The translations under genes were made by a program, and so were the position numbers. This document shows, piece by piece, positions 55,401 to 62,515 of a DNA stretch of 64,000 nucleotides (within the stretch, counting starts at the first letter, position 1; every line of letters begins with the position of its first letter). Origin of the DNA: Bacteroidetes bacterium ADurb.Bin217 (GTDB lineage: Bacteria; Bacteroidota; Bacteroidia; Bacteroidales; UBA1715); contig MWCJ01000009.1 in the NCBI GenBank assembly GCA_002069975.1, positions 848-64,847 on the forward strand, written 5' to 3'. The notes beneath the pieces are model-generated. The model had not been told where the DNA came from. It did no database searches and saw only the letters and a list, made by a program, of their open reading frames with translations.

Positions 55401-58352
55401 AGGAATCATATACATATTGGGGTTTGTTATGTCATTTGTTACAAACAGTCCGCCTATGTCTACTGCGGTAGCATTGGTATTGTGTATTTCGAACCAATCT
55501 GCATATGTTCCTGTTTCTTCTTTTATTATACTACCGTTTTTCGCCATAAACTCTGTAATTTTGAGCCCATCAATAAACGCTGCACTTTGTACTGTGTTGG
55601 CAGCACCCGGCGTAGGTGCGGTAAATATTATTTTGTTTGCATTACCATCGGGGTAGCATCCGTATGAAATATCTGTGTTTTGAGTGCCATATGTCACGTT
55701 GTCAATAGTGGTAACTGTACCAGTCGATGATTTTTGTGAAATACGAATTGTACCGCCATCTTTATTTAATTTGAAAGGAAGAAATAGTGGTCCCCCATAG
55801 TTGTCTCCGTTTGCCCACAAAATTAAATATCCTCCTGCAGGAATAGTAGTTTTGGTTGGTGCACCGTATGGTATTTGATATTTGGTTGGTACTAAAGCAT
55901 CGTCGCTTATATATAAGCCAGCTAAGTCTATTGCGGCAGCACTTGCATTATATAATTCTATCCAATCGTTGTATTTACCATATTCGTTTGCATATATCGT
56001 AGCATTCGATGCCATAATTTCGTTTACTTTAAGATTGGTAACAGTAGGACGTGCCTCGAAAACAGCACGAATGGTATAAGCACCTGTTATTGTAAGGTTA
56101 TATTGTTGGTCGGTAGAAAGGCTTGTGCCACTGCCATTTTCCCAACGTACAAATCGATACCCATCGGCAGGAATTGCATTCATGCGAATAGGTGTATTGG
56201 CATATTGTTGTCCTGAATATCCCGGAGTTACAGTTAATCCGCATAAAGTAACCGAACCTTGAGACGCAGTATAATTTACCGTTAATGTTTGCCAGCCTTT
56301 GCTGCCAAATTGTGAATTTATATGTGAACGAGCTTGACTTATTCGTGAAGTCCCCCACGATATCATGGCATCTGTATTATATCCCGAATTTACTCCGCGA
56401 GTCCATTCAGCGTCGTTGTATGTGTCGCGTTCTGTTTTTATAAGATTTTCTATATCGTTGGCAATAGTATTTAATCGAGTAGTTCCATATACGGTATTAA
56501 TCATAAATGCATAGCGTTGAATAAACTCATTCTTAAAGTCAGCATTTTCCATCATTTTTCTAAATAGTAATGTTGCCCATGCATGTGATTCTGTAGTTGA
56601 TAATGTTCTCGATAAGTTGTTGGAATATGCTTCGCCACCCCATAATCCATATCCAAAATCGGTATCGTATAATGGAAATCTAAATTTACCATTTTCTACC
56701 CGAGGACGCCATAATCGTGCATTGTTTGCTGGCCAGTCGGTGTTTTGACAATAAATTTGTGCTATGTAATAGTTTATCATATTGTCTACATCAACATATT
56801 TTGTTCGCATTATTTCATAATTCGACGCAACGGTCATACTATTAGCATTTACAAATGCCATCATTTCGTTATACCGTTCGGCATCGCCCTCGCTTGGTTC
56901 ATATATTTTCTCGTCGCCGTTTATTTTTAGCAAATCCATGTCACTGGCATCAGCATATGAATGATAGGCTGCAAATAAATTTTCGTCGTAGCGTTCGCGC
57001 ATATTTATTAAGCCCCAATATTCACCATTTAGGTACATTACAACCGGCTGATAGTCTTGAGTTTCTAAGTCAACTTGTCCGCGAACTATACTTTGAATAA
57101 TAGCATCGCGGGCAAAGTTTCCCATTTCCCAGTCGTTACCCGAATTACGTAAAATAAACGATTTGTATTCCGATAATCCGTCGGCACCAAATAATTGATA
57201 TTGCATTGAACCTTGTTCGTATTTGTTTTTCATTACAATATTCAATGATTTTAAATCGTAACTACGCGAAACAGCCCCCATGGTAGAAATGCCGGCATTT
57301 ACTCCAAATTTCCTACTTCCCGAAGCATCAAAGAATTCAATATGCCCTTTGCGTTCCCAGTCCTGATACCAATTGGCGGTAACATTACCATTGCTTACGC
57401 CATTTGTTCCTTGAATGTAAATTCCACTATCGGCACTAAAAAAGTTATTAAAATCTGTGGTTATAGAAACTACCGGAAGCGTAGGTTTTCGCATATTTAT
57501 AAAATATGTCTGTCCTGCTGTATTGCTCGGTAAATAGTCGGGGTGGAATACTTTTGCTTTTATAACATATCCATATTCGCGTGTGCCATCATAATATCCA
57601 TAAGGATACGACAGGTCTGATGGCCATTGATATTTTTGAATTCCCGTTTTGTTTAAGCGATTGTTCCCGTATTTTTGTGTGGTTTTGGTAGTCTTTTGAG
57701 CTGTTATTGTACCCGAATATATAGGTGATGATGCTGTTGGTTCACTTCCATCGGTAGTATAGCGAATTACGGCACCAGTTAAAGATGACGTTAATGTTAT
57801 AGATTGGTTGGAATTATAAAAACCACCTTGGATGTTGAAATTTGGTTTTGGTGCCAATCCTTTAACAACTGTTGATACATTTGAAGTTCCGGGGGTTGGA
57901 GCGGTTAATAATGCCCATTCACCTGCACCGTTTATGGTACGACCAAACGAAAAATCTGTTTCAATTACAGGGTATCTTACAGAATCTTGAAACAACATGG
58001 TATTTGAGTACAATAGCAGTTTTTCACCGTCTACTCCCAATTTATAATTGGTATGAAGATTTAAATTTTTACCGTCGGCCCATACTAATAAATAGCCCTT
58101 TGCAGCTATAGACGTACCGGTAGGTATTTGCCATTTTCGTGGTTCGTCTTTATCGTCGGTCAAATAATATCCACCTATATTTACACTTGAAGTACCCGGA
58201 TTATACAATTCTATCCAATCTCCATATTCTAAATATTGTGGGTCTTTTATTGTTTTTGTATTCGAAGATTGAACTTCGTTAATTTTGATTTGTGAATAAC
58301 TGTGTGTAAAACTTACAATGAGTAAAAAAAATACAAGTAGCTGTTTCTTCAT
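46434..58352 (-). CDS. 3972-aa T9SS-sorted surface protein: 4 lamin-tail (LTD) domains, CHB_HEX_C-like module, CotH kinase-like domain, cadherin-like beta-sandwich and CBM-like modules, about 22 Big_2 domains
   Basis: LTD blocks (INEV...DWIELYN..., repeated 4 times). CotH block (YQPVVMYLNGEYWGLINMRERYDE). Three 'L..L..S.GTLSPTF...Y' cadherin-like modules. Serial Big_2 units ('V.W.SSN..IATV...G.ITA...GTA.ITA'). C-terminal VYPNPA...LYTLKV... type-A CTD. Confidence 0.85.
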   Translation of the reverse strand: MKKQLLVFFLLIVSFTHSYSQIKINEVQSSNTKTIKDPQYLEYGDWIELYNPGTSSVNIGGYYLTDDKDEPRKWQIPTGTSIAAKGYLLVWADGKNLNLHTNYKLGVDGEKLLLYSNTMLFQDSVRYPVIETDFSFGRTINGAGEWALLTAPTPGTSNVSTVVKGLAPKPNFNIQGGFYNSNQSITLTSSLTGAVIRYTTDGSEPTASSPIYSGTITAQKTTKTTQKYGNNRLNKTGIQKYQWPSDLSYPYGYYDGTREYGYVIKAKVFHPDYLPSNTAGQTYFINMRKPTLPVVSITTDFNNFFSADSGIYIQGTNGVSNGNVTANWYQDWERKGHIEFFDASGSRKFGVNAGISTMGAVSRSYDLKSLNIVMKNKYEQGSMQYQLFGADGLSEYKSFILRNSGNDWEMGNFARDAIIQSIVRGQVDLETQDYQPVVMYLNGEYWGLINMRERYDENLFAAYHSYADASDMDLLKINGDEKIYEPSEGDAERYNEMMAFVNANSMTVASNYEIMRTKYVDVDNMINYYIAQIYCQNTDWPANNARLWRPRVENGKFRFPLYDTDFGYGLWGGEAYSNNLSRTLSTTESHAWATLLFRKMMENADFKNEFIQRYAFMINTVYGTTRLNTIANDIENLIKTERDTYNDAEWTRGVNSGYNTDAMISWGTSRISQARSHINSQFGSKGWQTLTVNYTASQGSVTLCGLTVTPGYSGQQYANTPIRMNAIPADGYRFVRWENGSGTSLSTDQQYNLTITGAYTIRAVFEARPTVTNLKVNEIMASNATIYANEYGKYNDWIELYNASAAAIDLAGLYISDDALVPTKYQIPYGAPTKTTIPAGGYLILWANGDNYGGPLFLPFKLNKDGGTIRISQKSSTGTVTTIDNVTYGTQNTDISYGCYPDGNANKIIFTAPTPGAANTVQSAAFIDGLKITEFMAKNGSIIKEETGTYADWFEIHNTNATAVDIGGLFVTNDITNPNMYMIPKGQSAQTTIPAGGYYILWADKQIKINPNHVDFKLNATKGDIAIVQVRGAANYIIDQVSYTNQGEDIAYGRFPSVTSTFRYLPQPTPGAANTNSITIAQKSGITINEILAWNTSTVQDESGSYADYIEFYNSSASAVDLGGLFVSDTLGHTLKFRIPRNNSAATTVQPGQWITFWADGDQSQGALHLDFNLNQLGEDVILSQVTENGIIQLDSKTYTSQTANASYGRFPENSTYWETMTPTYNAKNQSANSSIALKTLTSSEGTLTPTLSASVYEYVCLLPPAATTVPTISATTLNASATRTITQATSLSGTAKITVISANGLYTQDYFITFSNAPSPDASLKSLAISSGTLSPTFNSTTYTYTATLTKAQVPLVTAIANQANALVEVVYATSINQNTVITVTAESGAQQVYTIAHSYSNPSQTIYSWTDNFDDNSASDFTVTGSSATYYTITAQNQEILLSQAAGKTAYRTFIYNLPAGYELDLENNANPILTYSVRSAKAVDIRVDLRDADGNVGSSNIVTKSVAAGANTTLSYDYTTKNTNIDKSRVVALVFYTDPDITVNETKEIYIDNISLGIALSNNANLATLTASAGTLSPTFTANTTNYTLTLPAGATTIPTISATRVQANATVEISQANSLSGIATIRVTAQDNVTVKTYTVQLVQTPQTVLGYTDHIIKPGMPGWSETSSLYTLSYLGGEIGIDYYRTAAGGSDAITYNITEAEAKILNLTTNPYVALRLKTTVQTNVRVDLFDNNGYITNANPVTISANGNSYVDYIFNFSGKFSQSTPTQTVTSSNIRGIKIYFDNGSTTAKSGTITIDKLIFGNEVNIPVNNPPVISTIPNQSIMQGQTFNNILLNNYVTDDNTPTASLLWSASTSTNFNITITNNVVTIVPKSGTWIGSETLTFTVQDLDGASSSKDVTLSVTELKIPVESISFTQTSVNVAQNATIDLASYLTINPNNATVQTTTWTELSANASINTSGVLTNSLEWGTESVEVTITVTDKNSNIYSQTITVNLTGCPTQLTSVSLSPTTVNIVEGQTAQLTPVYTPNNACIKTVTYTSSAPTIATVNASGLVSGIIPGTSIITISVNDGFSTKTATKTVTVTKDCSGAIELSLSKTSTNIIEGNAETLSVIFNPDNECTQNKTITWTSSNPSIATVVDGVITAVSVGTVSITASTDGTGITSATCTVTVIPNCYTGTPTILLDKTTVSIYTDQTSTVTASVSPLDVCNSSVTWSSSASTIATVSNGIISPIAPGTATITCSSVQTPVGSATVAVTVLERLPSSISVSPTLSMLVGDIQPITATILPATTYNKSVTWTSNNIDVASVSASGEITGIAVGTATITATSSNGLTATCIVTVNPVQATSISLNKTTTTLFVYDTETLSATIAPINTTDKSIVWSSTDATTVSVTTTGIIEARKAGTATIRATASSGVYAECLVTVNHILPTSIFSSLTGTVSRYLGDRDSVIITYLPSTVTDSTLTWTTSNPSAVSVTQKGIITAIGIGSSTITITSANNKTTSFIIQVNPILASSVAINTSAVSLIPGGTQQLITTILPTNTTDKTITWSSDATQFATVDNTGMVTAIAIGTATITATTSNGLTAICIITVESGAIPVTSVVLNKQTTSLQLSQSETLTATVLPNDATNKTIVWTSLNTAIANVSQSGTIIPVAVGQTKIIATSANNLADTCEVTILHNPISTIEFTQTTVEVAQGGSIDLPQYLATTPANAYIQQITWSESSANASIDASGIITNTLAYGTETITVTATITDAYGTQFIKTITVQLQGCAIQLSSVTLTPSTISIVEGSNAQLTPVYSPLNACLQSVTYETSASTIATVSASGLVTAVAPGTATITIRAHDGYSEKTATRIITVTKDCSGPIVLSLSSATLQVVQGQSATLTPIFSPANECTANKVVTWTSSNQLVATVANGVITPLNLGTTTITASTDGTGTTSATCLVTVVSDCSTSAVTLQLSTNTLTLYKNETSIVTTTLTPANACNTNVLWQSSNTAIATVSASGLITAIGIGSATISATSEQTPSESKTVIVTVEERLPSSITMTSTATLFVGNTLQLTPSILPSNADNKTITWVSSNTGIASVNASGLITANTAGTVTISATTVNGLTAQCAVTVSTIPVESVTLNTNQHTMQVYAQYELQATVLPTYASNKQVAWTSSDVSVASVNNGIVTALKAGTAIIRASAINNVYDECIITVTDIYPTSIDLSVIVSSMNVGTVQTIDVSYSPTNATNTSFTWSSNNSSIVSVNQLGQITAVSPGTATITASTATGVSETITITVNEIAANSISLNTQTITLKEFENQQLVAEILPTNTTNKTITWTSSNSNIATVDNTGKVTAIAVGTAQITATTSNGLVAQCSVNVVLYTIPVSSIVLNKNTASIILGETEQLTATIEPENATNKTVVWKSETSTIATVDQNGLVSSKGVGAVRIIATSSNGLADTCIVYVQPILAESITIDQTNISMTVGGTSQVSATILPVNTTNKTITWYSSNTNVVSVSESGLLTALVAGTSTLYAQTYNGLTATVEVTVTNNIIEIQNITIPQTLEIDIDESFVLQPTYTPSNATNTVLTWSVGNNQIAMVNSLGKITGLSAGTTVITCISSNNIQASVIVTVKPMLASQVDILPSNLALHINETHQLEVSILPIKTTDKSVTWSSSDPSIASVSQGLITTKAIGQTTIYAITNNNVVGECIVNVTPIEASEISISVSNIEIMVSETHQLSAQIFPNNVTYPTIQWYSSNTSIARVDNTGNITGIAIGNAYIYAMSSNGVKDSTLVEISILNNAPVVTQVPEQKIIKGQSFTSIDLNNYFVDDHTNANSLLWSANTPGIITMNIDSKGIATIFISNPTWTGSETITVYCADEHGLQSSVDIIFTVQSPSSLSNIDTQIIEVYPNPAHHVIHVTLPVDNTTTYTISIISASGLVVWKDIVTPDTETHTIDVSNFAKGLYTLKVNDTKGQYVRSIIIQ
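47985..52610 (-). repeat. Tandem duplication of a 9 x Big_2 supermodule (2 x about 2313 bp) inside the giant gene
   Basis: aa about 1915-2685 and 2686-3456 are collinear domain for domain (IPVESISFTQTSVNVAQ... against NPISTIEFTQTTVEVAQ...). The offset is 771 aa. Confidence 0.8.
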
Positions 58353-58632
58353 ATGATACTCTCTATTAAAAAAATAAAACCCCTTTTATAAATGCCGATT
58401 GTCTTTTGTTGACAATTTATATTGTTCAAACCCGATATTAAAAGTAATAAAAAATTAACATTCTTTATAAATTGAAAATCAATACGTTTAATCACGAAAT
58501 TTTTAAAAATCGGGAACTTCAAACTTACAATTTTTTAACAATTCAATAACACGATTTTTTAGATTTTTTTGTGGATTTTTTAAAATTGAGTATAAGCATG
58601 TAAATTGAGATTCGAAATCATTGTGGTAAAAA

Positions 58633-58776
58633 AATGTCTGAATGTCTGAGTGTCTTAATATCATAGAGGGTACTTTCAAAATTATTTGTAACCCAATGCA
58701 CCGCAAGGTACATAATCTCGGTAGAAATAGAACAATACGGAAACAGTACCGCGAAATCTTTATACATTCAGACATT
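58633..58776. promoter_or_regulatory. IR-bounded 118-bp segment with an internal TAnnTTTG box (candidate invertible promoter) between divergent T9SS cargo genes
   Basis: A perfect 13-bp IR, aatgtctgaatgt (58633-58645) and acattcagacatt (58764-58776), embedded in 8-nt word repeats. A minus-strand TAATTTTG lies at 58684-58677. Confidence 0.4.
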
Positions 58777-58893
58777 GAGACCTTCAGATTGTGAAATGAT
58801 AAAATACTATATGCTGAATGATAAAATTATATGCATGTTTCTTTGTGAAATGTTGTATTTTTACTTTCTGATATACATTTAATAAATATACCT

Positions 58894-61284
58894 ATGAAAT
58901 CTTTTTGTATTGCTTGTTTGTTTTCTTTAGTATTACTCTTTCAAGCACAGGGACAACAGTTGATTCAACATAAAGGAAATGAACATTTTTTTAGTGGGAT
59001 AAATCTTGCGTGGATGCAATTTGGTAACGATTTAACTCAGTTCAATCCGGTTACGTTTACAGCAATTATGAAAAATGTAGCTAACGCCGGAGGTAATTCT
59101 GTACGATGGTGGATACATGTGGATGGACGAAGCACACCTACCTTTGCTAATGATACGGTAATTGGCATAAGTGAACAGGCTTTAGATAATTTAGAATTAG
59201 CACTTGATATTGCTGCCGAACAGGGAATAGTTGTAAGTTTATGTTTGTGGTCGTTTGATATGTTGCATATTAAAAAAGATTCAGAAACTGAAGTATATGC
59301 TGACAATAGATTACGAATTAATCGCCGATTGCTCGAAGATTCCGCTGCAAGTATGGCGTATGTCAATTATGCTCTTATTCCTATGGTCGAAAGATTGAAA
59401 GGGCATACCGCAATTTTATGTTGGGAAATTTTTAATGAGCCCGAAGGCATGACTTCAATTGCTAATTGGCCACATATAGAACGGGTAAATATTACCTATA
59501 TTCAGCGATTTATTAATTGGACTGCGGGTGCAATTCATAGAACAGACCCCGAAGCTAAAGTATCTAATGGCAGCTGGAATGCACGGGCTGCAGCAACCGT
59601 ACCTACTATTTATGGTTCTAAAAATTATTATACCGACGCCGAATTGTTTGATAAAGGTGGCGATGTCGATGGGTATTTGGATTTTTATATGTTACACTAT
59701 TACGCCGATTATAATTCAGACAAATATTCTCCTTTTCATAATCCTGTAGCATATTGGCAATTAGATAAACCTCTCTTGATTGGTGAATATTCGGCTCATG
59801 GTATTATTCGACAAGACGATGAACCATTTGCACCTTCGTCTGAACTTTCGGCAACCGAAGCTATGACGTATTTGTTCGATAACGGATATGCAGGTGGTTG
59901 GGGCTGGACGTATACCGGTCACGATGGAAATGGGAATTTAAATGATATGAAATATGTATTGGATTCGCTTAAAAAAAACTATCCCGAATTAATAACAATA
60001 CCTCGAGATCCTAATCATAACTACATGCCTAAAAATATTAGTCGATTAAAAGATACGTTGTTGTTTGTAAATTCCAATAGTGTGCCGGCTTATCTTAATC
60101 TAAATGAATATTTTGTAGATGAAAATGAACTTACTTATACAATAAACACACACGGACCGGTAACTGCATCTATTGTTCAAGATTCGTTGGTGGAATTGTC
60201 GGTTATACCCGATTCGGTGGGATTAAGTAAATTTACAATTGTGGCGACCGATGCGGGAGGAAAAACAGCGTATTCTGTGTTTAGTGTTGTTGTTCGCGAT
60301 TCGGTAATTCAAAGTGCAAATAGATTATTATATGCTTTTGTTACTGCATCGAGCGAAGAAGATACTGTAAAACGAGCTCCATTATGCAACGATGGCGATA
60401 TTTCTACTCGTTGGTCGAGTGCATATTCTCATACAGAGTGGCTCGAATTCGATATGTTAGATACTTTTGAAATTTCGCGTATTACCATGTCGTGGGAAGC
60501 TGCGTATGCCGATGAATTCGATATTCTTGTGTCAACGAATAAGCAAGATTGGACGCAAGTATTTACAGTTGGTCAAGGTCAAAAATCTAAACTTAATATC
60601 GTATTCGATGCTGTAGAATGTAGATATGTGAAAATTCAATTAAAAAAACGTGCAACAAGTTGGGGGTATTCATTATATGAAGTTGAAGCTTACGAAGATA
60701 ATGCAGCACAAGACAATGTTGCACCTGTTGCTTCTACAACACCATTGAGTGTTAAAATAAATGCATATGCCAGTTTTTCTATGCTTTTTCCGCGTACACG
60801 TTTTACCGATGCAAACAACGATGTGCTTTCGTTTACAGCAAGTTTAGCTGACGGGAATCCGCTTCCGCAATGGGTTCAATTTAACCCTCATACATTGGCT
60901 ATTACTTCTAATACTACAACTATTGCCGATACCGGTATGTATACTATTCGCATTACAGCTACCGACTTTTTTGGCGAACAAGCAGTGTACGATTTTCCGT
61001 TTAAAGTTGAGGACCCTTCAAGTTCTGTTTCTTCTATTTTGCCACAATGTGAATTGTATCCTAATCCGGTATCAGAAACATGTTATTTCAAATTACCTTA
61101 TGCGTATTCAGAAATGGTAAGCGTTACAATATATAATAGCTTTGGAATTGTTGTGTCAAAAATAAATACACAATGTATTCAAGGTGCAGGCGAAATATCG
61201 GTACAACATCTTGTTCCGGGAATGTATACCATAATTATAACCGACAAGCTTACTTCGTATACACAGCGTATAATTAAAAAGTAA
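58894..61284 (+). CDS. Secreted GH5 (mannanase-like) - Ig-like - F5/8 type C (CBM32) - Ig-like protein with a T9SS type-A CTD
   Basis: CWEIFNEPEG (acid/base) and LIGEYS (nucleophile). Discoidin block (DGDISTRWSS...WLEFDM...YVKIQL). C-terminal LYPNPVSETCYF...MYTIIITD. Confidence 0.8.
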   Translation: MKSFCIACLFSLVLLFQAQGQQLIQHKGNEHFFSGINLAWMQFGNDLTQFNPVTFTAIMKNVANAGGNSVRWWIHVDGRSTPTFANDTVIGISEQALDNLELALDIAAEQGIVVSLCLWSFDMLHIKKDSETEVYADNRLRINRRLLEDSAASMAYVNYALIPMVERLKGHTAILCWEIFNEPEGMTSIANWPHIERVNITYIQRFINWTAGAIHRTDPEAKVSNGSWNARAAATVPTIYGSKNYYTDAELFDKGGDVDGYLDFYMLHYYADYNSDKYSPFHNPVAYWQLDKPLLIGEYSAHGIIRQDDEPFAPSSELSATEAMTYLFDNGYAGGWGWTYTGHDGNGNLNDMKYVLDSLKKNYPELITIPRDPNHNYMPKNISRLKDTLLFVNSNSVPAYLNLNEYFVDENELTYTINTHGPVTASIVQDSLVELSVIPDSVGLSKFTIVATDAGGKTAYSVFSVVVRDSVIQSANRLLYAFVTASSEEDTVKRAPLCNDGDISTRWSSAYSHTEWLEFDMLDTFEISRITMSWEAAYADEFDILVSTNKQDWTQVFTVGQGQKSKLNIVFDAVECRYVKIQLKKRATSWGYSLYEVEAYEDNAAQDNVAPVASTTPLSVKINAYASFSMLFPRTRFTDANNDVLSFTASLADGNPLPQWVQFNPHTLAITSNTTTIADTGMYTIRITATDFFGEQAVYDFPFKVEDPSSSVSSILPQCELYPNPVSETCYFKLPYAYSEMVSVTIYNSFGIVVSKINTQCIQGAGEISVQHLVPGMYTIIITDKLTSYTQRIIKK

Positions 61285-61440
61285 TTACTAAAGATTCACC
61301 TGAGAAAATAGCTGAAAATTATGTTTACATAAAAAATATGATTAGTCGCAATTATAACAGTTATGGTAAAAGCATCTAAAATTTGATTCCATTTTTTTTC
61401 TTAATGACATAAATGTAATAGGACTTTGGGGTTACCCACA

Positions 61441-61560
61441 GCCATTCAACTAAGTAATCGTTAAAAAATGAAGTTAATGCGTAGATTAGCAGCTTGCCCT
61501 AAACTATATTAATTAATTCCGAACTTGCAAGTGCATTTTCCTATTTCTTTATTGTATTTT
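61441..61560. repeat. Relic copy of the internal sequence of the 1463-1875 MITE-like element, in inverted orientation
   Basis: 61441-61497 matches the reverse complement of 1753-1813 with 1 substitution and 2 small indels by hand alignment. Weaker similarity continues for about 60 nt. No terminal repeats are present. Confidence 0.6.
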
Positions 61561-61693
61561 CTTGTCTTGTTGCTTTGTTGGCAACTTCATTGTCTATAAA
61601 TATTTTGATTTTTATGTAAGGTATCATACTTTTTGCTGACATATTGAAAAAAATATATTTTTTGGATTATTCGATTATATTGGGTAAAATTAG

Positions 61694-61701
61694 TATATTT
61701 G
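61694..61701 (+). promoter_or_regulatory. -7 promoter box TATATTTG for ferritin
   Basis: Matches TAnnTTTG, 39 nt upstream of the ATG at 61740. Confidence 0.45.
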
Positions 61702-61739
61702 AAAAACTAAAAATAGAAACAAATAAAAAACAAAATACT

Positions 61740-62252
61740 ATGAAAGCAACTGTTTTACAAAGTATGAATCAACAAATAAACGCTGAATTATACTCATCAT
61801 ATTTATATTTATCAATGGCTGCCTGGGCTAATTCAAAAGGATACAAAGGTATAGCTAATTGGTTGCAAATTCAGTCGAAAGAAGAATACGCACATGCTAT
61901 GAAATTTTATGCGTATGTTGAAGAGCGAAATCATACTCCCGAATTATTTGCAATAGAAAAGCCTGAAAGTTCATGGAATGGTATTGTTCATATGTTTGAA
62001 CAAGTATATGCTCACGAACAAAAAATTACCGCTCTTATCAATAATCTGTATACATTGTCTCTTAAAGAAGAAGAACATGCTACTTCATCATTTTTAAAAT
62101 GGTTTATTGATGAACAAGTAGAAGAAGAAGCTACCGTATGTGCTATTATTGATGAAATTAAATTGGCCGGCGAAGTTGGTCCTGGCATGTATATGATTGA
62201 TAAAGAATTGGCTCAACGAGTATTTGTTGACCCCACTACTACAGCAGAATAA
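61740..62252 (+). CDS. Non-heme ferritin
   Basis: INAELYSSYLYLSMAAW and EEYAHAMKFY ferroxidase-centre blocks. I prefer the ATG at 61740 to the track start at 61644. Confidence 0.9.
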   Translation: MKATVLQSMNQQINAELYSSYLYLSMAAWANSKGYKGIANWLQIQSKEEYAHAMKFYAYVEERNHTPELFAIEKPESSWNGIVHMFEQVYAHEQKITALINNLYTLSLKEEEHATSSFLKWFIDEQVEEEATVCAIIDEIKLAGEVGPGMYMIDKELAQRVFVDPTTTAE

Positions 62253-62286
62253 TAATTTAAATATTAACGAATAAAAAGTATAGACT

Positions 62287-62451
62287 ATGAAAAAATATGT
62301 ATGCGAACCATGTGGTTACATTTACGATCCTGTTGAAGGAGATCCTGATGGTGGAATTGCTCCCGGAACTTCGTTTGAAGATATACCTGAAGATTGGGTA
62401 TGCCCTATTTGTGGGGTAGGCAAAGAAGATTTTGTATTACTCGAAGAATAA
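62287..62451 (+). CDS. Rubredoxin (54 aa; absent from the supplied ORF track because it is under 60 aa)
   Basis: Translated by hand: [54 protein letters not shown]. It has the CxxCG...CPxCG motifs. Confidence 0.9.
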   Translation: MKKYVCEPCGYIYDPVEGDPDGGIAPGTSFEDIPEDWVCPICGVGKEDFVLLEE

Positions 62452-62515
62452 TAACTAACTACACACATACCCCTTTGTGCTTTTGTACATGGGGGTATTG
62501 TTTTTTTATATACAC

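Noticed and set aside
47521-57533. Many long + strand ORFs inside the giant gene (for example 49063-49710 at 215 aa, 50446-50976 at 176 aa, 52402-52824 at 140 aa)
   Set aside because: They are antisense to a continuous 3972-aa ORF with clear domain content. Their V/A/I/T-rich products mirror the T/S/N/V codon bias of the Big_2 repeats, they have no motifs, and no starts have a promoter context.
58503-58775. 90-aa minus-strand ORF in the divergent intergenic region
   Set aside because: It spans the word repeats and the IR. The composition is atypical and no motif is present. The region is more plausibly regulatory DNA.
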